64,000 nt of DNA from a virus. Lineage: Duplodnaviria > Caudoviricetes. Within the stretch, counting starts at the first letter, position 1; each line of letters starts with the position of its first letter. The position numbers and the translations under genes were made by a program. Location: the IMG/VR virus record IMGVR_UViG_3300037602_000018, positions 39,050-103,049 of that record, one strand, 5' to 3'. A model generated the notes under the pieces. The model made no database searches, had not been told where the DNA came from, and was given only the letters and a program-made list of their open reading frames with translations. Below are positions 49,093 to 58,311 of the stretch, one piece after another.

Positions 49093-51329
49093 TTTTCCCA
49101 ACTAAATTTCATTTCTTTGGGTGTATTTTTAAATCCAAGTACTTTATCCCAATATGGGTCATTGGCTAGAATATTTGCTTTTGTATGGCCTTCAGACTTT
49201 TGAGAATATTTTTTTACTTCTTCTCTAAGTATCATTAACATACCCATTGCAGAAACTCTATCAAAGTTACCATCTTCATTCCATGCTATACATTCATCTA
49301 TATAAGCTAAAGACCTTATTTTTCTTAAATTAGGTACAACTATTTCATTACCATCTTTATCTATTTCAGGATTAAGTGCCTGAGTATTCATCCAGTCAGC
49401 TTGTAATCTTCTGCCCCATTTATTCACTTCTTTATTAGCTCTTGTTCCTTTAGCTGTATTACCATAACTAGGTTTACTACTAGCCATATCTACATCTTTA
49501 AGAATTTGAGGAGTATCGCATAATAAATGCAATGAATTTTTATTAGAGAAGTAGCTGAATAAACCTTTTAAGTTTTGCTCATAATTTCCAATAGCATTAT
49601 AGTATATTAACATTCTTCTACATATTTCATAAAAATCATCTGCAAACTTTGGTCTACCAGTATATTCAGCTACTATCTGGTCAGTAAACATATCGAATAT
49701 AAAGATAGAGGCTAATGAAGTTCCAGAGTCTGCATCAATAGGGTCAATACCTGCTATATATCTATACTTAGGAGCATTTTTTACAGGTTGTACAAATATT
49801 TCTAATCCTCCTGTTTTATCTGGATTACTGTCATTATATTTTCTAAGAGGATTAACATCAGCATCTGGAGTCCATTCTATTAATCCTTCTCCTGCTAATT
49901 TTAATCTGCCTACATAATGACTTCTTACAAACTGCTGTTCGTTAGGACGTACATCTGAAATATAATCTTTTAGGTCAGATACAGGAAATACTGTACCTTC
50001 AGTACGCATGATAGCTTCTTGAGGAGTAATAGGTGATTCAGCTTTTTTCTGAGTTAATGCTCTTGGGTCATTAGAGCTTTGAGCAATTTTTAACCTTTCT
50101 TTAAATATATTTATTAATGAACCTATAACATCTGGTTCACCATTTTCTTTAGTTACAGATTCACCTCTGTTAAGATAAGCTCCCCAAAAGAAACCACAAT
50201 CTCTACTTCCATCTACATTTTTATCAAAAACATTAGGAATTCCATATATATTATAAGCATCTGGTTGATAAAATAATTTTTCAGAACCTTCAAAACTTGC
50301 TCCTTCAACACCTCCTGTACCTGCTGCACACATGAACGCAAACGCTACTCCATCTTCCTCACAAGCTTCTCTATTAACGTTCCATGCATGTTCAAGATTA
50401 GGAAATAACCCGTCTTCTTCATAATGAATTAAAGCCCCACGAATACCACGAGCTTTATCAGGATTATCTTTTAAAGATATACCAAATACAGAAGTTAATA
50501 GTCCTTTACGAGAGCCATACTCATCTTCATAACCTAATTGAAGTTCCATAGCTTGTTTTTTATCAACAAGTCTTAATTTAGGTAAAGGAGTATTTTCAGC
50601 TATAAAATCTAAATTATCTAATATTTTACCCCATATACCCTTATCACCTAAAAGGAAAGTTTTATCTGAAGCTAAGTGGAAATTAGGATTACCAGACCCA
50701 GGTTTAGTGTACATATTTCTTGGAGACTCAGCTCCAAATTTCATTGATGCACCTATACCTCTGGATTTCAACATTTTACCATGTTTACCTCTAATTTGAG
50801 CTTGATCACAATAATGAAACCATAAATAATCTCCAAGGTATACTCTAGGAAAATCTTTTACACGTTCTCCTTTTTTAGTACCTTCTACTTTTTTAACAAG
50901 TGATATTTGTACATAATTCCAATAAAAATATAATGAACCTGGAATCCATTCTCCATCAGGTCTTGTTAACCCTTTTTTCCAACGTCTAACTTCTTCTTTC
51001 CAGAATAATGCATAATCAGACTTAGGGTTAGGATTTTTTGGTAAATGAGTATATACACCATGTTCTTTAAAATATAATGCCCTTTCTCTAAACCAGTCCA
51101 TATTCTCAAGGAAATGTGGTTTAGTTATATCTATCTCTTTCTTACCTGTAGGTGTACCGTTTGAGTCTAATTTCCAAGGTCTATCTTTAATCGTACCTCT
51201 TGAATCAGAAGCTAGCCATTGAATAAATGGTATAGTGTCTAAAGCGTCTGATATATCATTCCATATCTTCTTAGGTAATTCTTTTTTTAATTCCTCAGTT
51301 AATTGAGTTTGAAATTTATTCAGTTCCAT
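49089..51329 (-). CDS. terL: Terminase large subunit
   Basis: LKSRGIGAS Walker A-like, YEEDG, GTGG, YIAGIDP, VAEYTGRP, NFDRVSA. Confidence 0.95.
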   Translation of the reverse strand: MELNKFQTQLTEELKKELPKKIWNDISDALDTIPFIQWLASDSRGTIKDRPWKLDSNGTPTGKKEIDITKPHFLENMDWFRERALYFKEHGVYTHLPKNPNPKSDYALFWKEEVRRWKKGLTRPDGEWIPGSLYFYWNYVQISLVKKVEGTKKGERVKDFPRVYLGDYLWFHYCDQAQIRGKHGKMLKSRGIGASMKFGAESPRNMYTKPGSGNPNFHLASDKTFLLGDKGIWGKILDNLDFIAENTPLPKLRLVDKKQAMELQLGYEDEYGSRKGLLTSVFGISLKDNPDKARGIRGALIHYEEDGLFPNLEHAWNVNREACEEDGVAFAFMCAAGTGGVEGASFEGSEKLFYQPDAYNIYGIPNVFDKNVDGSRDCGFFWGAYLNRGESVTKENGEPDVIGSLINIFKERLKIAQSSNDPRALTQKKAESPITPQEAIMRTEGTVFPVSDLKDYISDVRPNEQQFVRSHYVGRLKLAGEGLIEWTPDADVNPLRKYNDSNPDKTGGLEIFVQPVKNAPKYRYIAGIDPIDADSGTSLASIFIFDMFTDQIVAEYTGRPKFADDFYEICRRMLIYYNAIGNYEQNLKGLFSYFSNKNSLHLLCDTPQILKDVDMASSKPSYGNTAKGTRANKEVNKWGRRLQADWMNTQALNPEIDKDGNEIVVPNLRKIRSLAYIDECIAWNEDGNFDRVSAMGMLMILREEVKKYSQKSEGHTKANILANDPYWDKVLGFKNTPKEMKFSWEK

Positions 51330-51883
51330 CAGATTAATCCACTTTCAAAAGTATTATGTGACCTGCTACCAGATTTCTTTTTAGAAGAATCTTCTTTTTC
51401 TTTAATAACTTCTCTTTCAGCTTCTTTAAGATCTCTCATAATAATTTTAACATCTTTTAAAGCTCTTGTTATATCTGCTGTTTTATAAATTGGTTTATCC
51501 ATCTTATCTCGTTCATTGAGAAGAACTTCAGCTTTATCTAAATAATCTCCTACAGCATTAGCACCATTTACAGCTTTTTTATATAAAGATTCTGTAATAG
51601 TTTCAAAAGAACTATAATAATCAACAGCTTCTTTAATAACAGAATCCATTTTCCAACTATCAGGAAGTTTAATATCTTTCTTAATTTCAGAAATTCTGTC
51701 TTTTTCTGAAGTAATAAGATAATCAGATTTTACATCACAATAGAAATAAATAAATAACATCTCTTTTAATGCTGTTGCTTTATCTTTAGATTTATCTCTT
51801 TTAAGAATTTTTTTAAATGGTTCTAAACCCCATGCTTCTTCAGTAACATTTAGCTCCCAATCTTTTAGTTCAAATAATTTCAT
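51329..51883 (-). CDS. Conserved crAss-like protein upstream of TerL (candidate small terminase)
   Basis: PFK...RDKSKDK..A.KEM.FIYF..D..SDY; coupled to terL. Confidence 0.65.
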   Translation of the reverse strand: MKLFELKDWELNVTEEAWGLEPFKKILKRDKSKDKATALKEMLFIYFYCDVKSDYLITSEKDRISEIKKDIKLPDSWKMDSVIKEAVDYYSSFETITESLYKKAVNGANAVGDYLDKAEVLLNERDKMDKPIYKTADITRALKDVKIIMRDLKEAEREVIKEKEDSSKKKSGSRSHNTFESGLI

Positions 51884-51943
51884 TATTTTACAGACTTTTT
51901 TTAAATTTCATATATATATGTTTTACTTCTTTATTAAATTCTG

Positions 51944-52017
51944 CGCTGAAGATAGGATTTGAACCTATGACCTTGGAGTTAACAGCTCCCTGCTCTAACC
52001 AACTGAGCTACTTCAGC
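51944..52017 (-). tRNA. trnN: tRNA-Asn(GTT)
   Basis: Reverse complement GCTGAAG TA GCTC AGTTGGTTA GAGC A GGGAG CT-GTT-AA CTCCA AGGTC ATAGG TTCAAAT CCTAT CTTCAGC G; G73 discriminator; no encoded CCA. Confidence 0.92.
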
Positions 52018-52053
52018 AATTGTAAGTTTTTAGAGAACTTACAAACTCATATA

Positions 52054-52431
52054 CTATGCTTTTACTTCTTTAGGGATTTCAGATTCATCATATACATATT
52101 TAATATTCCTTTCAGATATATGTCCATATACTTCTCCATTAATTTCCATTAGTGGAATCTGAAGTTCATATGAAGTTTCGGGAACCTGAGCATCCATATT
52201 ATTTTTAGTATTTCTTACAGGTTTTAAAAATGCATCAAAATCTACAATAACAGTATCTCCTACTTTTACTTCCTGACACATACCTCCAGCAGACACTATT
52301 GTTTGATATGGAAATAATTTACCTTCTTTTCCTTTAATATTTGTATCATTAACAAGAATGATATTACTTTTTGTTTTTTCAGTATTTAGTGTAATTAATA
52401 CTGAATTAAATGTTACTTTACCTTTTACCAT
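52054..52431 (-). CDS. GroES/Cpn10-like co-chaperonin
   Basis: NSVLI...SNIIL...IVSAG....EVKVGDTV...ISERNI pattern. Confidence 0.65.
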   Translation of the reverse strand: MVKGKVTFNSVLITLNTEKTKSNIILVNDTNIKGKEGKLFPYQTIVSAGGMCQEVKVGDTVIVDFDAFLKPVRNTKNNMDAQVPETSYELQIPLMEINGEVYGHISERNIKYVYDESEIPKEVKA

Positions 52432-52434
52432 TAC

Positions 52435-52641
52435 TTAATTATTACGTATTACTCTTTCTGTTTCTGCTTCTTCTTCTGTCATTATAAGTTCTTCCCTTAA
52501 TTCTGTTATAGAATAGTCAGCCCATTGAACTCTATAGGTTGTTTGATTGTGAGGATGTTGAACAACAGCAATTATTACTCCTGCTTCATTTGGGTCTAGT
52601 GTATAATACACTGTTTGAAAAAAATTAAATTGATTACTCAT
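52435..52641 (-). CDS. Small SH3-like hypothetical protein
   Basis: ORF; F..FQTVY...G.I......YRVQW...EEL. Confidence 0.6.
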   Translation of the reverse strand: MSNQFNFFQTVYYTLDPNEAGVIIAVVQHPHNQTTYRVQWADYSITELREELIMTEEEAETERVIRNN

Positions 52642-52879
52642 CTTTCTTATTTAAATTAAACTTTTTTTTGATACCTTCTCTTTTATGTTTATCTGAATAG
52701 ATAATTCCAAAATTTATCCATCTGATATTTTTATAACTGTCTGGATCATCTGGATCAGCAGACTTCATTATTTCTCTTGTGTACTTAAACCAATTGTCTA
52801 TAATAGCTTTAGCTACATCAGGATGAATAGCTAATTCAAGAGCTTTAGACTTAGCTATAGTTTCTATAGTTTTATCCAT
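52634..52879 (-). CDS. HU/IHF-like DNA-binding protein
   Basis: Helix-turn-helix followed by NIRWINFG.I. Confidence 0.55.
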   Translation of the reverse strand: MDKTIETIAKSKALELAIHPDVAKAIIDNWFKYTREIMKSADPDDPDSYKNIRWINFGIIYSDKHKREGIKKKFNLNKKDE

Positions 52880-53255
52880 TTATCTTAAAATTAAATATTA
52901 ATTGAAATTTATCTGTTTTCTCAATGTCTGGAATATATTTATCTGGAATCTGATTATCAATTATTAAACCTTTCTTTCTAAGAGCTGTTATATAATTATT
53001 CAGAGAATATTCACTCATATCCAATTTATCTCTTATTTTAATCCTACCATCATAAGAAAATATTTTATTCCATCTATCTTCTGCTTTTAATATATTCTCT
53101 TTCTCTATTTCATTTAAATACATCATATAAGCTAATAATTCTATTTCTTTAGTACCTAATTTATTAATAGGTTTAAGAATAGTCAAATAATGCTTATATA
53201 AATTATGAAGAGAAGTGGGAATATTAATTACTTTCTTTTTAATTTCCATCTTCAA
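52872..53255 (-). CDS. Winged-helix DNA-binding protein
   Basis: L..KEIELL...IRDKLDMSEYSLNNYITALRKKGLI. Confidence 0.65.
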   Translation of the reverse strand: MKMEIKKKVINIPTSLHNLYKHYLTILKPINKLGTKEIELLAYMMYLNEIEKENILKAEDRWNKIFSYDGRIKIRDKLDMSEYSLNNYITALRKKGLIIDNQIPDKYIPDIEKTDKFQLIFNFKING

Positions 53256-53676
53256 TTATTTTAACATATACTCCAGGATTTTCTTTATCTATAGTATGAT
53301 ACTTTCCATTCTTTTCATAATACTGAGGTACTACATGATAACAATCATCATCTTCAATAAAATTATGAGCTGTCATTAAATCCAATATTACTTGACTTGC
53401 ATTATTAAAATCAAACCCTCTTTTACTGTTTCTGACAAAATGCATTCCCAATACTATCAAATTGTCAGGTTTTTTCCAACCTTTAAAAGCTTCTCTAAAA
53501 AGATTAGGTTTAGTTTTATAATCTACTATTTCTTTTTTACTTGAAGAATATTTTTGCACACCTAACTCTCTTAGATATTTCATTACTGTTTTAGAAGGAA
53601 ATATACCTCTACTAGTTTTTATTTTACTATTCTTTAATGAAGGAGTATTTAATGGTATAAAATATTCTTTAGTCAT
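53239..53676 (-). CDS. RusA-like Holliday junction resolvase
   Basis: PSLKNSK, R.FDFNN..Q..LDLM....IEDD, DKENPGV. Confidence 0.75.
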   Translation of the reverse strand: MTKEYFIPLNTPSLKNSKIKTSRGIFPSKTVMKYLRELGVQKYSSSKKEIVDYKTKPNLFREAFKGWKKPDNLIVLGMHFVRNSKRGFDFNNASQVILDLMTAHNFIEDDDCYHVVPQYYEKNGKYHTIDKENPGVYVKIIEDGN

Positions 53677-53896
53677 ATATTTCAGCTCCTTTAATATCCA
53701 GATTGTTTACTTCCAACCATTCTAAATACTGTTCTTTTTGATTTTCTATAAATACTGGCTTATAATATTTCCAACCTTTATAAACTTGTTTCTCAAAAGT
53801 TAAGTCACTTAAATAATCACTAACTGCTTTTAGATTATCTGAAGCCTCAAAAACTAATACTTCATTAATCCTATCAAATTTAACTTTCAAACTCAT
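53669..53896 (-). CDS. Hypothetical protein
   Basis: ORF coupled to its neighbours. Confidence 0.65.
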   Translation of the reverse strand: MSLKVKFDRINEVLVFEASDNLKAVSDYLSDLTFEKQVYKGWKYYKPVFIENQKEQYLEWLEVNNLDIKGAEIYD

Positions 53897-54074
53897 GATT
53901 TTTTTTATAAAACAAACTAAGTCCTAATACCTTTGCGTTACGAATACAATCTTGTTTATTTCTATATCCTTCTGTACTCCTACCAATAATATTTCCATTT
54001 TTAGCAGTTACTTTCCAATACCAATTGGTTTTACCCCAAAAACTTTTCTTCTTAAAAAACTTTACTTTATACAT
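53880..54074 (-). CDS. DUF1508/YegP-family protein
   Basis: WYWKVTAKNGNIIGRSTEGYRNKQDC. Confidence 0.8.
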   Translation of the reverse strand: MYKVKFFKKKSFWGKTNWYWKVTAKNGNIIGRSTEGYRNKQDCIRNAKVLGLSLFYKKNHEFES

Positions 54075-54228
54075 TCTTTTTAATTGTTAATTTTAATCTA
54101 TATGTGTAATTTTTATAATTATTTGTTGGTAAGCTTGGATAATATTTATCACCTGACTTTGTTTTAATAATTGAAGCTTTTGGTAATAAAACGTTATTTG
54201 ACCAAACTTTCTCTATAAGTATTTTCAC
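54067..54228 (-). CDS. Possible small hypothetical protein (53 aa)
   Basis: GTG start overlapping the phoH stop (GTGA); hand-translated. Confidence 0.35.
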   Translation of the reverse strand: MKILIEKVWSNNVLLPKASIIKTKSGDKYYPSLPTNNYKNYTYRLKLTIKKNV

Positions 54229-54869
54229 TTTTCCAGAAATTTAATTATATCTGTTAATACTTCATTTCTATGATTAGAACTCAATGTAGTATATCCTACC
54301 TTATCAAATTTCTCTAGTTTAATAGTTTGATGAATACATGAATTCTTACCTATCTTATCATCTATTTGTTCTTTAGACCCACAAAAAATAATTTTACTAT
54401 CTTTCCCTAATCTTGTTAATATAGTTCTAAAATCCTGATAATCCATATCCTGATATTCATCCACTATAACAACAGACTCTATAAATGTTACACCTTTAGC
54501 TACTTCAATAGGCATAATTTCAATATCTCCATCATTAATCATTTTTTCAGTAGTATTCTTAGCTTGACATACATTTAAATTCTGAAGAATAGGAAATACA
54601 TAAGGAGCCATTTTTTCTTCTAAAGTTCCTGGAAGAGCAGCTAAATTATTCTTTAACATAGGACGAGTAATCCAAATCTTATTAAATTCTCTTTTCCTAT
54701 AAGACATTAGAGCAATATAACAAGCTATTAAAGACTTACCTGAACCAAAATCTCCATGTACAAAATTTACATCATGGTTATAAAATAAAGCTCGTACTTT
54801 CTTTTGCTCATCATTTGGTTCTACATTAAGTCTTGGTTGTTGAGGGACTCTCTTTTCTTTATTTGCCAT
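54225..54869 (-). CDS. phoH: PhoH-family ATPase
   Basis: GDFGSGKS, ITRP, LPGTLEEKM.PY, GVTF, DEYQD, LTRLG..SK, QID, HR. Confidence 0.92.
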   Translation of the reverse strand: MANKEKRVPQQPRLNVEPNDEQKKVRALFYNHDVNFVHGDFGSGKSLIACYIALMSYRKREFNKIWITRPMLKNNLAALPGTLEEKMAPYVFPILQNLNVCQAKNTTEKMINDGDIEIMPIEVAKGVTFIESVVIVDEYQDMDYQDFRTILTRLGKDSKIIFCGSKEQIDDKIGKNSCIHQTIKLEKFDKVGYTTLSSNHRNEVLTDIIKFLEK

Positions 54870-54999
54870 TTAATAATCTGCCTTTCTTATATTGTTTAAT
54901 AACATATGCTGTTAATTTCCTTCTATTCTTATAATCTTCAAAAGATTCTCCAGGAAATCTTTTAGGATCTAAAGAGTTAAATTTTATTTCTTCACTCAT
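54859..54999 (-). CDS. Small hypothetical protein (46 aa, PKR..GESFEDYK.RR)
   Basis: Hand-translated; overlaps both neighbours in operon fashion. Confidence 0.55.
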   Translation of the reverse strand: MSEEIKFNSLDPKRFPGESFEDYKNRRKLTAYVIKQYKKGRLLNGK

Positions 55000-55234
55000 T
55001 TTCCATTTTATAAATTTCTATTTCTAAAATATTAGGTTCTCCTATAAACATATTTGTCTTAAACATAAATTGTTTAGTATTATATTTCTGTATAGCCTTT
55101 TTATGGGCATGGTACTTATCAAATAAATCCTGAACATCTTCTGTCTCAAGACTTAATGTGTTTATTAGCTTTTTCTTTAAGTTCAAGGTATTCAAATATA
55201 TCTGAAGCATGTGTTGTAAAATTAGTAGCTCCAC
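54992..55234 (-). CDS. Hypothetical protein (true start probably downstream)
   Basis: ORF track; 5' end overlaps the upstream gene. Confidence 0.45.
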   Translation of the reverse strand: MELLILQHMLQIYLNTLNLKKKLINTLSLETEDVQDLFDKYHAHKKAIQKYNTKQFMFKTNMFIGEPNILEIEIYKMENE

Positions 55235-55334
55235 AATTAGTACATAATACTACTCCTTCTTTCTTATCTATAATTCCTAGCTCAAGACAATTTCTGCAAT
55301 ATTCTACAGATTCTTTATTGTAGTCATTTTTCAT
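55146..55334 (-). CDS. Small Zn-ribbon protein
   Basis: YN.E.V.YCRNC...CTNCG. Confidence 0.75.
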   Translation of the reverse strand: MKNDYNKESVEYCRNCLELGIIDKKEGVVLCTNCGATNFTTHASDIFEYLELKEKANKHIKS

Positions 55335-55851
55335 TTTTAATTCTTTCTAATTCAAACCCTAACCAAAATCTAGATTCTGATAAATATTGTTCAACTCTTT
55401 CTAACAATAACATTCTTTCGCTTTCTACAAAATGTAATTGTTCTTTTATTTGATTAACTACTTTTTCAATCTCAGTTCTCAACCAATCTACTTTTTCTAT
55501 ATGAGATTTTTCTTTCCAAGTAGAATTAAAATCTTCTTCATATGAATCACATCCAATAATATATTTATCAGCAGTAGGTTGAATATCTTCTTTAGTTTTA
55601 TATCCTGAACCATAAGGATTTTTATTCTCTAATTCTCCAAGTACTTTACCTAACCAAGCTTTAGCTAAATATAAACTATCTACAGCTTTTTCTATTTCTT
55701 TAGAATTTTCTAAAAGAATAAAATCTTCTAACGGTTCTTTACTTAATGAATTATCGTTATTTTTAATTTTCTTTTTGATAGGTTTTAACTCTTTAGTTAA
55801 TTGAGCTAATCCATCAATATTAACTCTTAATTCTTTAATTTCTTGTATCAT
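55324..55851 (-). CDS. Hypothetical protein
   Basis: ORF; internal helical repeat (AKAWLG / SRFWLG). Confidence 0.75.
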   Translation of the reverse strand: MIQEIKELRVNIDGLAQLTKELKPIKKKIKNNDNSLSKEPLEDFILLENSKEIEKAVDSLYLAKAWLGKVLGELENKNPYGSGYKTKEDIQPTADKYIIGCDSYEEDFNSTWKEKSHIEKVDWLRTEIEKVVNQIKEQLHFVESERMLLLERVEQYLSESRFWLGFELERIKNEK

Positions 55852-55852
55852 T

Positions 55853-55996
55853 TCAAATTGGATTTACAATTATATACCCTTTTGCTTTTAATTCTTGAAA
55901 ATCTTTATATGCTTTCTCTAATTTAATAGTAGTTTCAGAAGGTAAGGCATATAAACCTTGTCTATTCTTTAAATATTTAGTCTGTATATTCCCCAT
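55853..55996 (-). CDS. Possible small hypothetical protein (47 aa)
   Basis: Hand-translated MGNIQTKYLKNRQGLY... Confidence 0.4.
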   Translation of the reverse strand: MGNIQTKYLKNRQGLYALPSETTIKLEKAYKDFQELKAKGYIIVNPI

Positions 55997-56196
55997 CTCC
56001 TTCTGTATCTATATATTGTTCATCTCCTACAAACTCATTAAGAAATTTAGTTTGTAAATCAACAGATAATTTATTCCACATTTCTACAAATCTTTTATAT
56101 TTTGATTCCATTCTTCATTCCAGTATAACTGATTATTATTCTCCATTCAATTTTTATGCTAATATATAATATTATATTATATAAGTCAAGTATTTA

Positions 56197-56622
56197 TTAA
56201 ATTATTTTTTCTAAAATTTCTTTTAATTCAGATTTATTTTTAATTTTTCCATCAAAAACTATTTTTCTATAAATTTTATCACAAGGTATTGTAATTCTAA
56301 CACTAGAATTAGTTTTATTAAATATAATACCTACTCCATTATTTAAATTTAAATAAGGTTCATATTTGTCAGGAATTACAACTCGTATAATATCTAAATC
56401 AAATCCCAAGTCTTCTATATCTTCTTTATCAAGATACTTTACTCTAATTTCTTTTTCAATTATTTCATCATCTAATTCATCTAATGATAAATAATTGACA
56501 GACATTGATAATTTATCCCAACATTCTTCTTCTGTAGCATTTGATCTTGGAATAAACCTCTCATATTCAAATCCAACATGGAACTCTTCTATTGAAGGAG
56601 TGTAATATTTATTTTCTTTCAT
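56197..56622 (-). CDS. Hypothetical protein (YYTP.IEEFHVGFEYE family)
   Basis: ORF; motif recurrent in Bacteroidota phages. Confidence 0.8.
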   Translation of the reverse strand: MKENKYYTPSIEEFHVGFEYERFIPRSNATEEECWDKLSMSVNYLSLDELDDEIIEKEIRVKYLDKEDIEDLGFDLDIIRVVIPDKYEPYLNLNNGVGIIFNKTNSSVRITIPCDKIYRKIVFDGKIKNKSELKEILEKII

Positions 56623-56843
56623 AATTCTAAAAATACTAATTTATAGCTTCCTGTATTAGGATTAAGTTTTTCATCAAATAAAGAGTTATGTTGTAAAATT
56701 AAAGTAAATTCTACTTCTTTACCATAATCTCCATCTGTTTTTAATTTCTCGATATATTTTATATGATTCTTCCAATTTTCTTCAGTCCACCATTCTGTAT
56801 TGCCAATTTCTCCTAATCGTATCTTACCTTTATATTCTACCAT
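56619..56843 (-). CDS. Hypothetical protein
   Basis: ORF preceded by TAtaTTTG at 56860-56867. Confidence 0.65.
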   Translation of the reverse strand: MVEYKGKIRLGEIGNTEWWTEENWKNHIKYIEKLKTDGDYGKEVEFTLILQHNSLFDEKLNPNTGSYKLVFLEL

Positions 56844-56921
56844 ACTTAATAATTTTCATCAAATATAAAATTTTACTATCTAAAAAACAAACCTAAAATA
56901 ACGTATTTACTGAGATGTTCA

Positions 56922-56956
56922 TCCCTGATCAGGGACAGATCATCCCTAATTAGGGA
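56922..56956. repeat. Tandem palindromic repeats TCCCT-N4-AGGGA, 21-bp period
   Basis: TCCCTGATCAGGGA (56922-56935) and TCCCTAATTAGGGA (56943-56956). Confidence 0.85.
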
Positions 56957-57002
56957 TAAGCTTTGTAGTGATAGCGCGGATCTAGCTCTTCCCCTTCTTA
57001 TA

Positions 57003-57506
57003 TTACATAAGTAATTTTGAAATAGTAGTATTTTTAAAGTGACTAAACATACTATCTTTAATAGTTCTCCCTTTCCACGAAATATTAGGATTAAGTACCC
57101 AATACTCCTTATCAGAATTCTCATAGATTTTAATTTGTAGATAAACCCCTAACCTATAAAGTCTATCCAATACCTTATTAACTCTGTTTTTACCTATACC
57201 AAATATATCTACAAGTTCAAGTACTGTAGTATCATTATTAAGTGGTTTAAGAGAATTAGTATTAAATTCAGACACAGCAGCCATATAAGTAATAATACCT
57301 ATTTCCTCCATAGAAAGAATCTTAGTACCTTTTAATCTTAATACAAGGGAAGTATTCATTTTAAAAAAATCTTCCATTACATGTACTCCAGTGCCTTTAG
57401 GGAAGTTATTAGGTCTCTTATTAACCTCCTTAATTTCTCCAGTTTCCTTATCTATTTTAGCAGCAACCTCATTGTGCTTTAATTTTAATTCCTGTGTATA
57501 ATTCAT
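57003..57506 (-). CDS. RepL-like winged-helix (replication initiator/regulator) protein
   Basis: D.ETGEI N-terminus, HTH (LVDIFGIGKNRVNKVLDRLYRLGV), YWVLNPNISWKG C-terminus. Confidence 0.7.
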   Translation of the reverse strand: MNYTQELKLKHNEVAAKIDKETGEIKEVNKRPNNFPKGTGVHVMEDFFKMNTSLVLRLKGTKILSMEEIGIITYMAAVSEFNTNSLKPLNNDTTVLELVDIFGIGKNRVNKVLDRLYRLGVYLQIKIYENSDKEYWVLNPNISWKGRTIKDSMFSHFKNTTISKLLM

Positions 57507-57676
57507 TTTATCATTTTAGATTACAAATATAAAAAAAATTTTTTTATTTTTTTAAAAATTTTATGTATCAATGAAAGCGTAGACTAGATAACAATTCACC
57601 CCCACTCTTTCAAATTATTGGGAGTTAGGGGGTATTCAATCCTAATTCCATTTATTCTTTCTAATTAATTTAAAAC
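57507..57676. promoter_or_regulatory. Divergent control region between late and early modules
   Basis: Strand switch; TAtaTTTG at 57524-57531 (minus); A/T palindrome; G/C-rich hairpin at 57598-57633. Confidence 0.6.
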
Positions 57677-57979
57677 TTGAGAATTATGAATACTGTTAGC
57701 TTAAAAGAGTACTGCGAAAAGAATAACATCCGTGAAATAGGCAGCGTATTTTCCTCTAAGGACAATAACTATCCTACTATCATGATGGTTAATGATAAAG
57801 GAGAGAGAAGTCCTTTCATGCTATCTCGTAATGCTGGAGAGCAATGGCCTGTTGGTACATCACCAAGAGTATTTGCTAAAGAGGCATACGTTAGTACATT
57901 CATGCATGAAACATTGAATACTGAAGTGTCTCGTATTAGTACTGGTAGCAATGTTGGTACTGATGAGCTATTTGCATAG
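57677..57979 (+). CDS. First plus-strand (early) gene, hypothetical; likely start ATG 57686
   Basis: ORF with C-ending codon bias, followed by a terminator. Confidence 0.75.
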   Translation: MRIMNTVSLKEYCEKNNIREIGSVFSSKDNNYPTIMMVNDKGERSPFMLSRNAGEQWPVGTSPRVFAKEAYVSTFMHETLNTEVSRISTGSNVGTDELFA

Positions 57980-57981
57980 CT

Positions 57982-58011
57982 ATAAGGGGAGTGTAATACT
58001 CCCTTTATTTT
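57982..58011 (+). terminator. Intrinsic terminator
   Basis: ATAAGGGGAGT-gtaat-ACTCCCTTTAT followed by TTT. Confidence 0.75.
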
Positions 58012-58039
58012 GACTCTTGTATAACTTAAATTAATTGTT

Positions 58040-58219
58040 ATGAAATATCAACATATATTAAACAATAAGCTATTGTTTGAAACAAATAGTGCATCAGATT
58101 TCTTTCATTACTTAATGAATAATCCAGATGCTAAACAAGCTAAAAATAATATTCTTTATAATCTATTAGAATCTAATAAAGGATATATTTGTGAGATGAG
58201 TACAACTACTCAAGAATAA
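58040..58219 (+). CDS. Small hypothetical protein (59 aa)
   Basis: Hand-translated MKYQHILNNK...; AT-rich leader. Confidence 0.5.
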   Translation: MKYQHILNNKLLFETNSASDFFHYLMNNPDAKQAKNNILYNLLESNKGYICEMSTTTQE

Positions 58220-58271
58220 CACATTAAAAAACCTAAAAAGTTCTTTTATTCCTAACACTTGTTTTGATTGA

Positions 58272-58311
58272 TAAATAACCACAAGTTTAATAGGTTTCTT
58301 GTGGTTTATTT
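58272..58311 (+). terminator. Hairpin (terminator or processing site)
   Basis: AACCACAAG/CTTGTGGTT stem followed by TATTT. Confidence 0.5.

Noticed and set aside
6890-51329. Introns or inteins in RNAP, TerL or MCP, and a DGR near the fibres
   Set aside because: ORFs are uninterrupted and of expected size; no intein, homing endonuclease, reverse transcriptase or TR/VR pair seen
4503-51488. Plus-strand ORFs inside the late module (4503, 6217, 13481, 23948, 28985, 30235, 30589, 31050, 31866, 40835, 41727, 43768, 44946, 46192, 51303)
   Set aside because: Antisense shadows of long, well-supported minus-strand genes; no motifs of their own
51967-52152. 61-aa plus-strand ORF
   Set aside because: Antisense to tRNA-Asn and the GroES-like gene
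56876-57124. 82-aa ORF with an LSLIRD repeat
   Set aside because: Overlaps the repL-like gene; the peptide repeat simply reflects the DNA palindromes
2886-57506. Stop-codon reassignment (known in some Crassvirales)
   Set aside because: Genes are full length and densely packed in code 11; TAG and TGA end real genes; no suppressor tRNA
57769-57951. 60-aa minus-strand ORF
   Set aside because: Antisense to 57677-57979, which has codon bias and its own terminator
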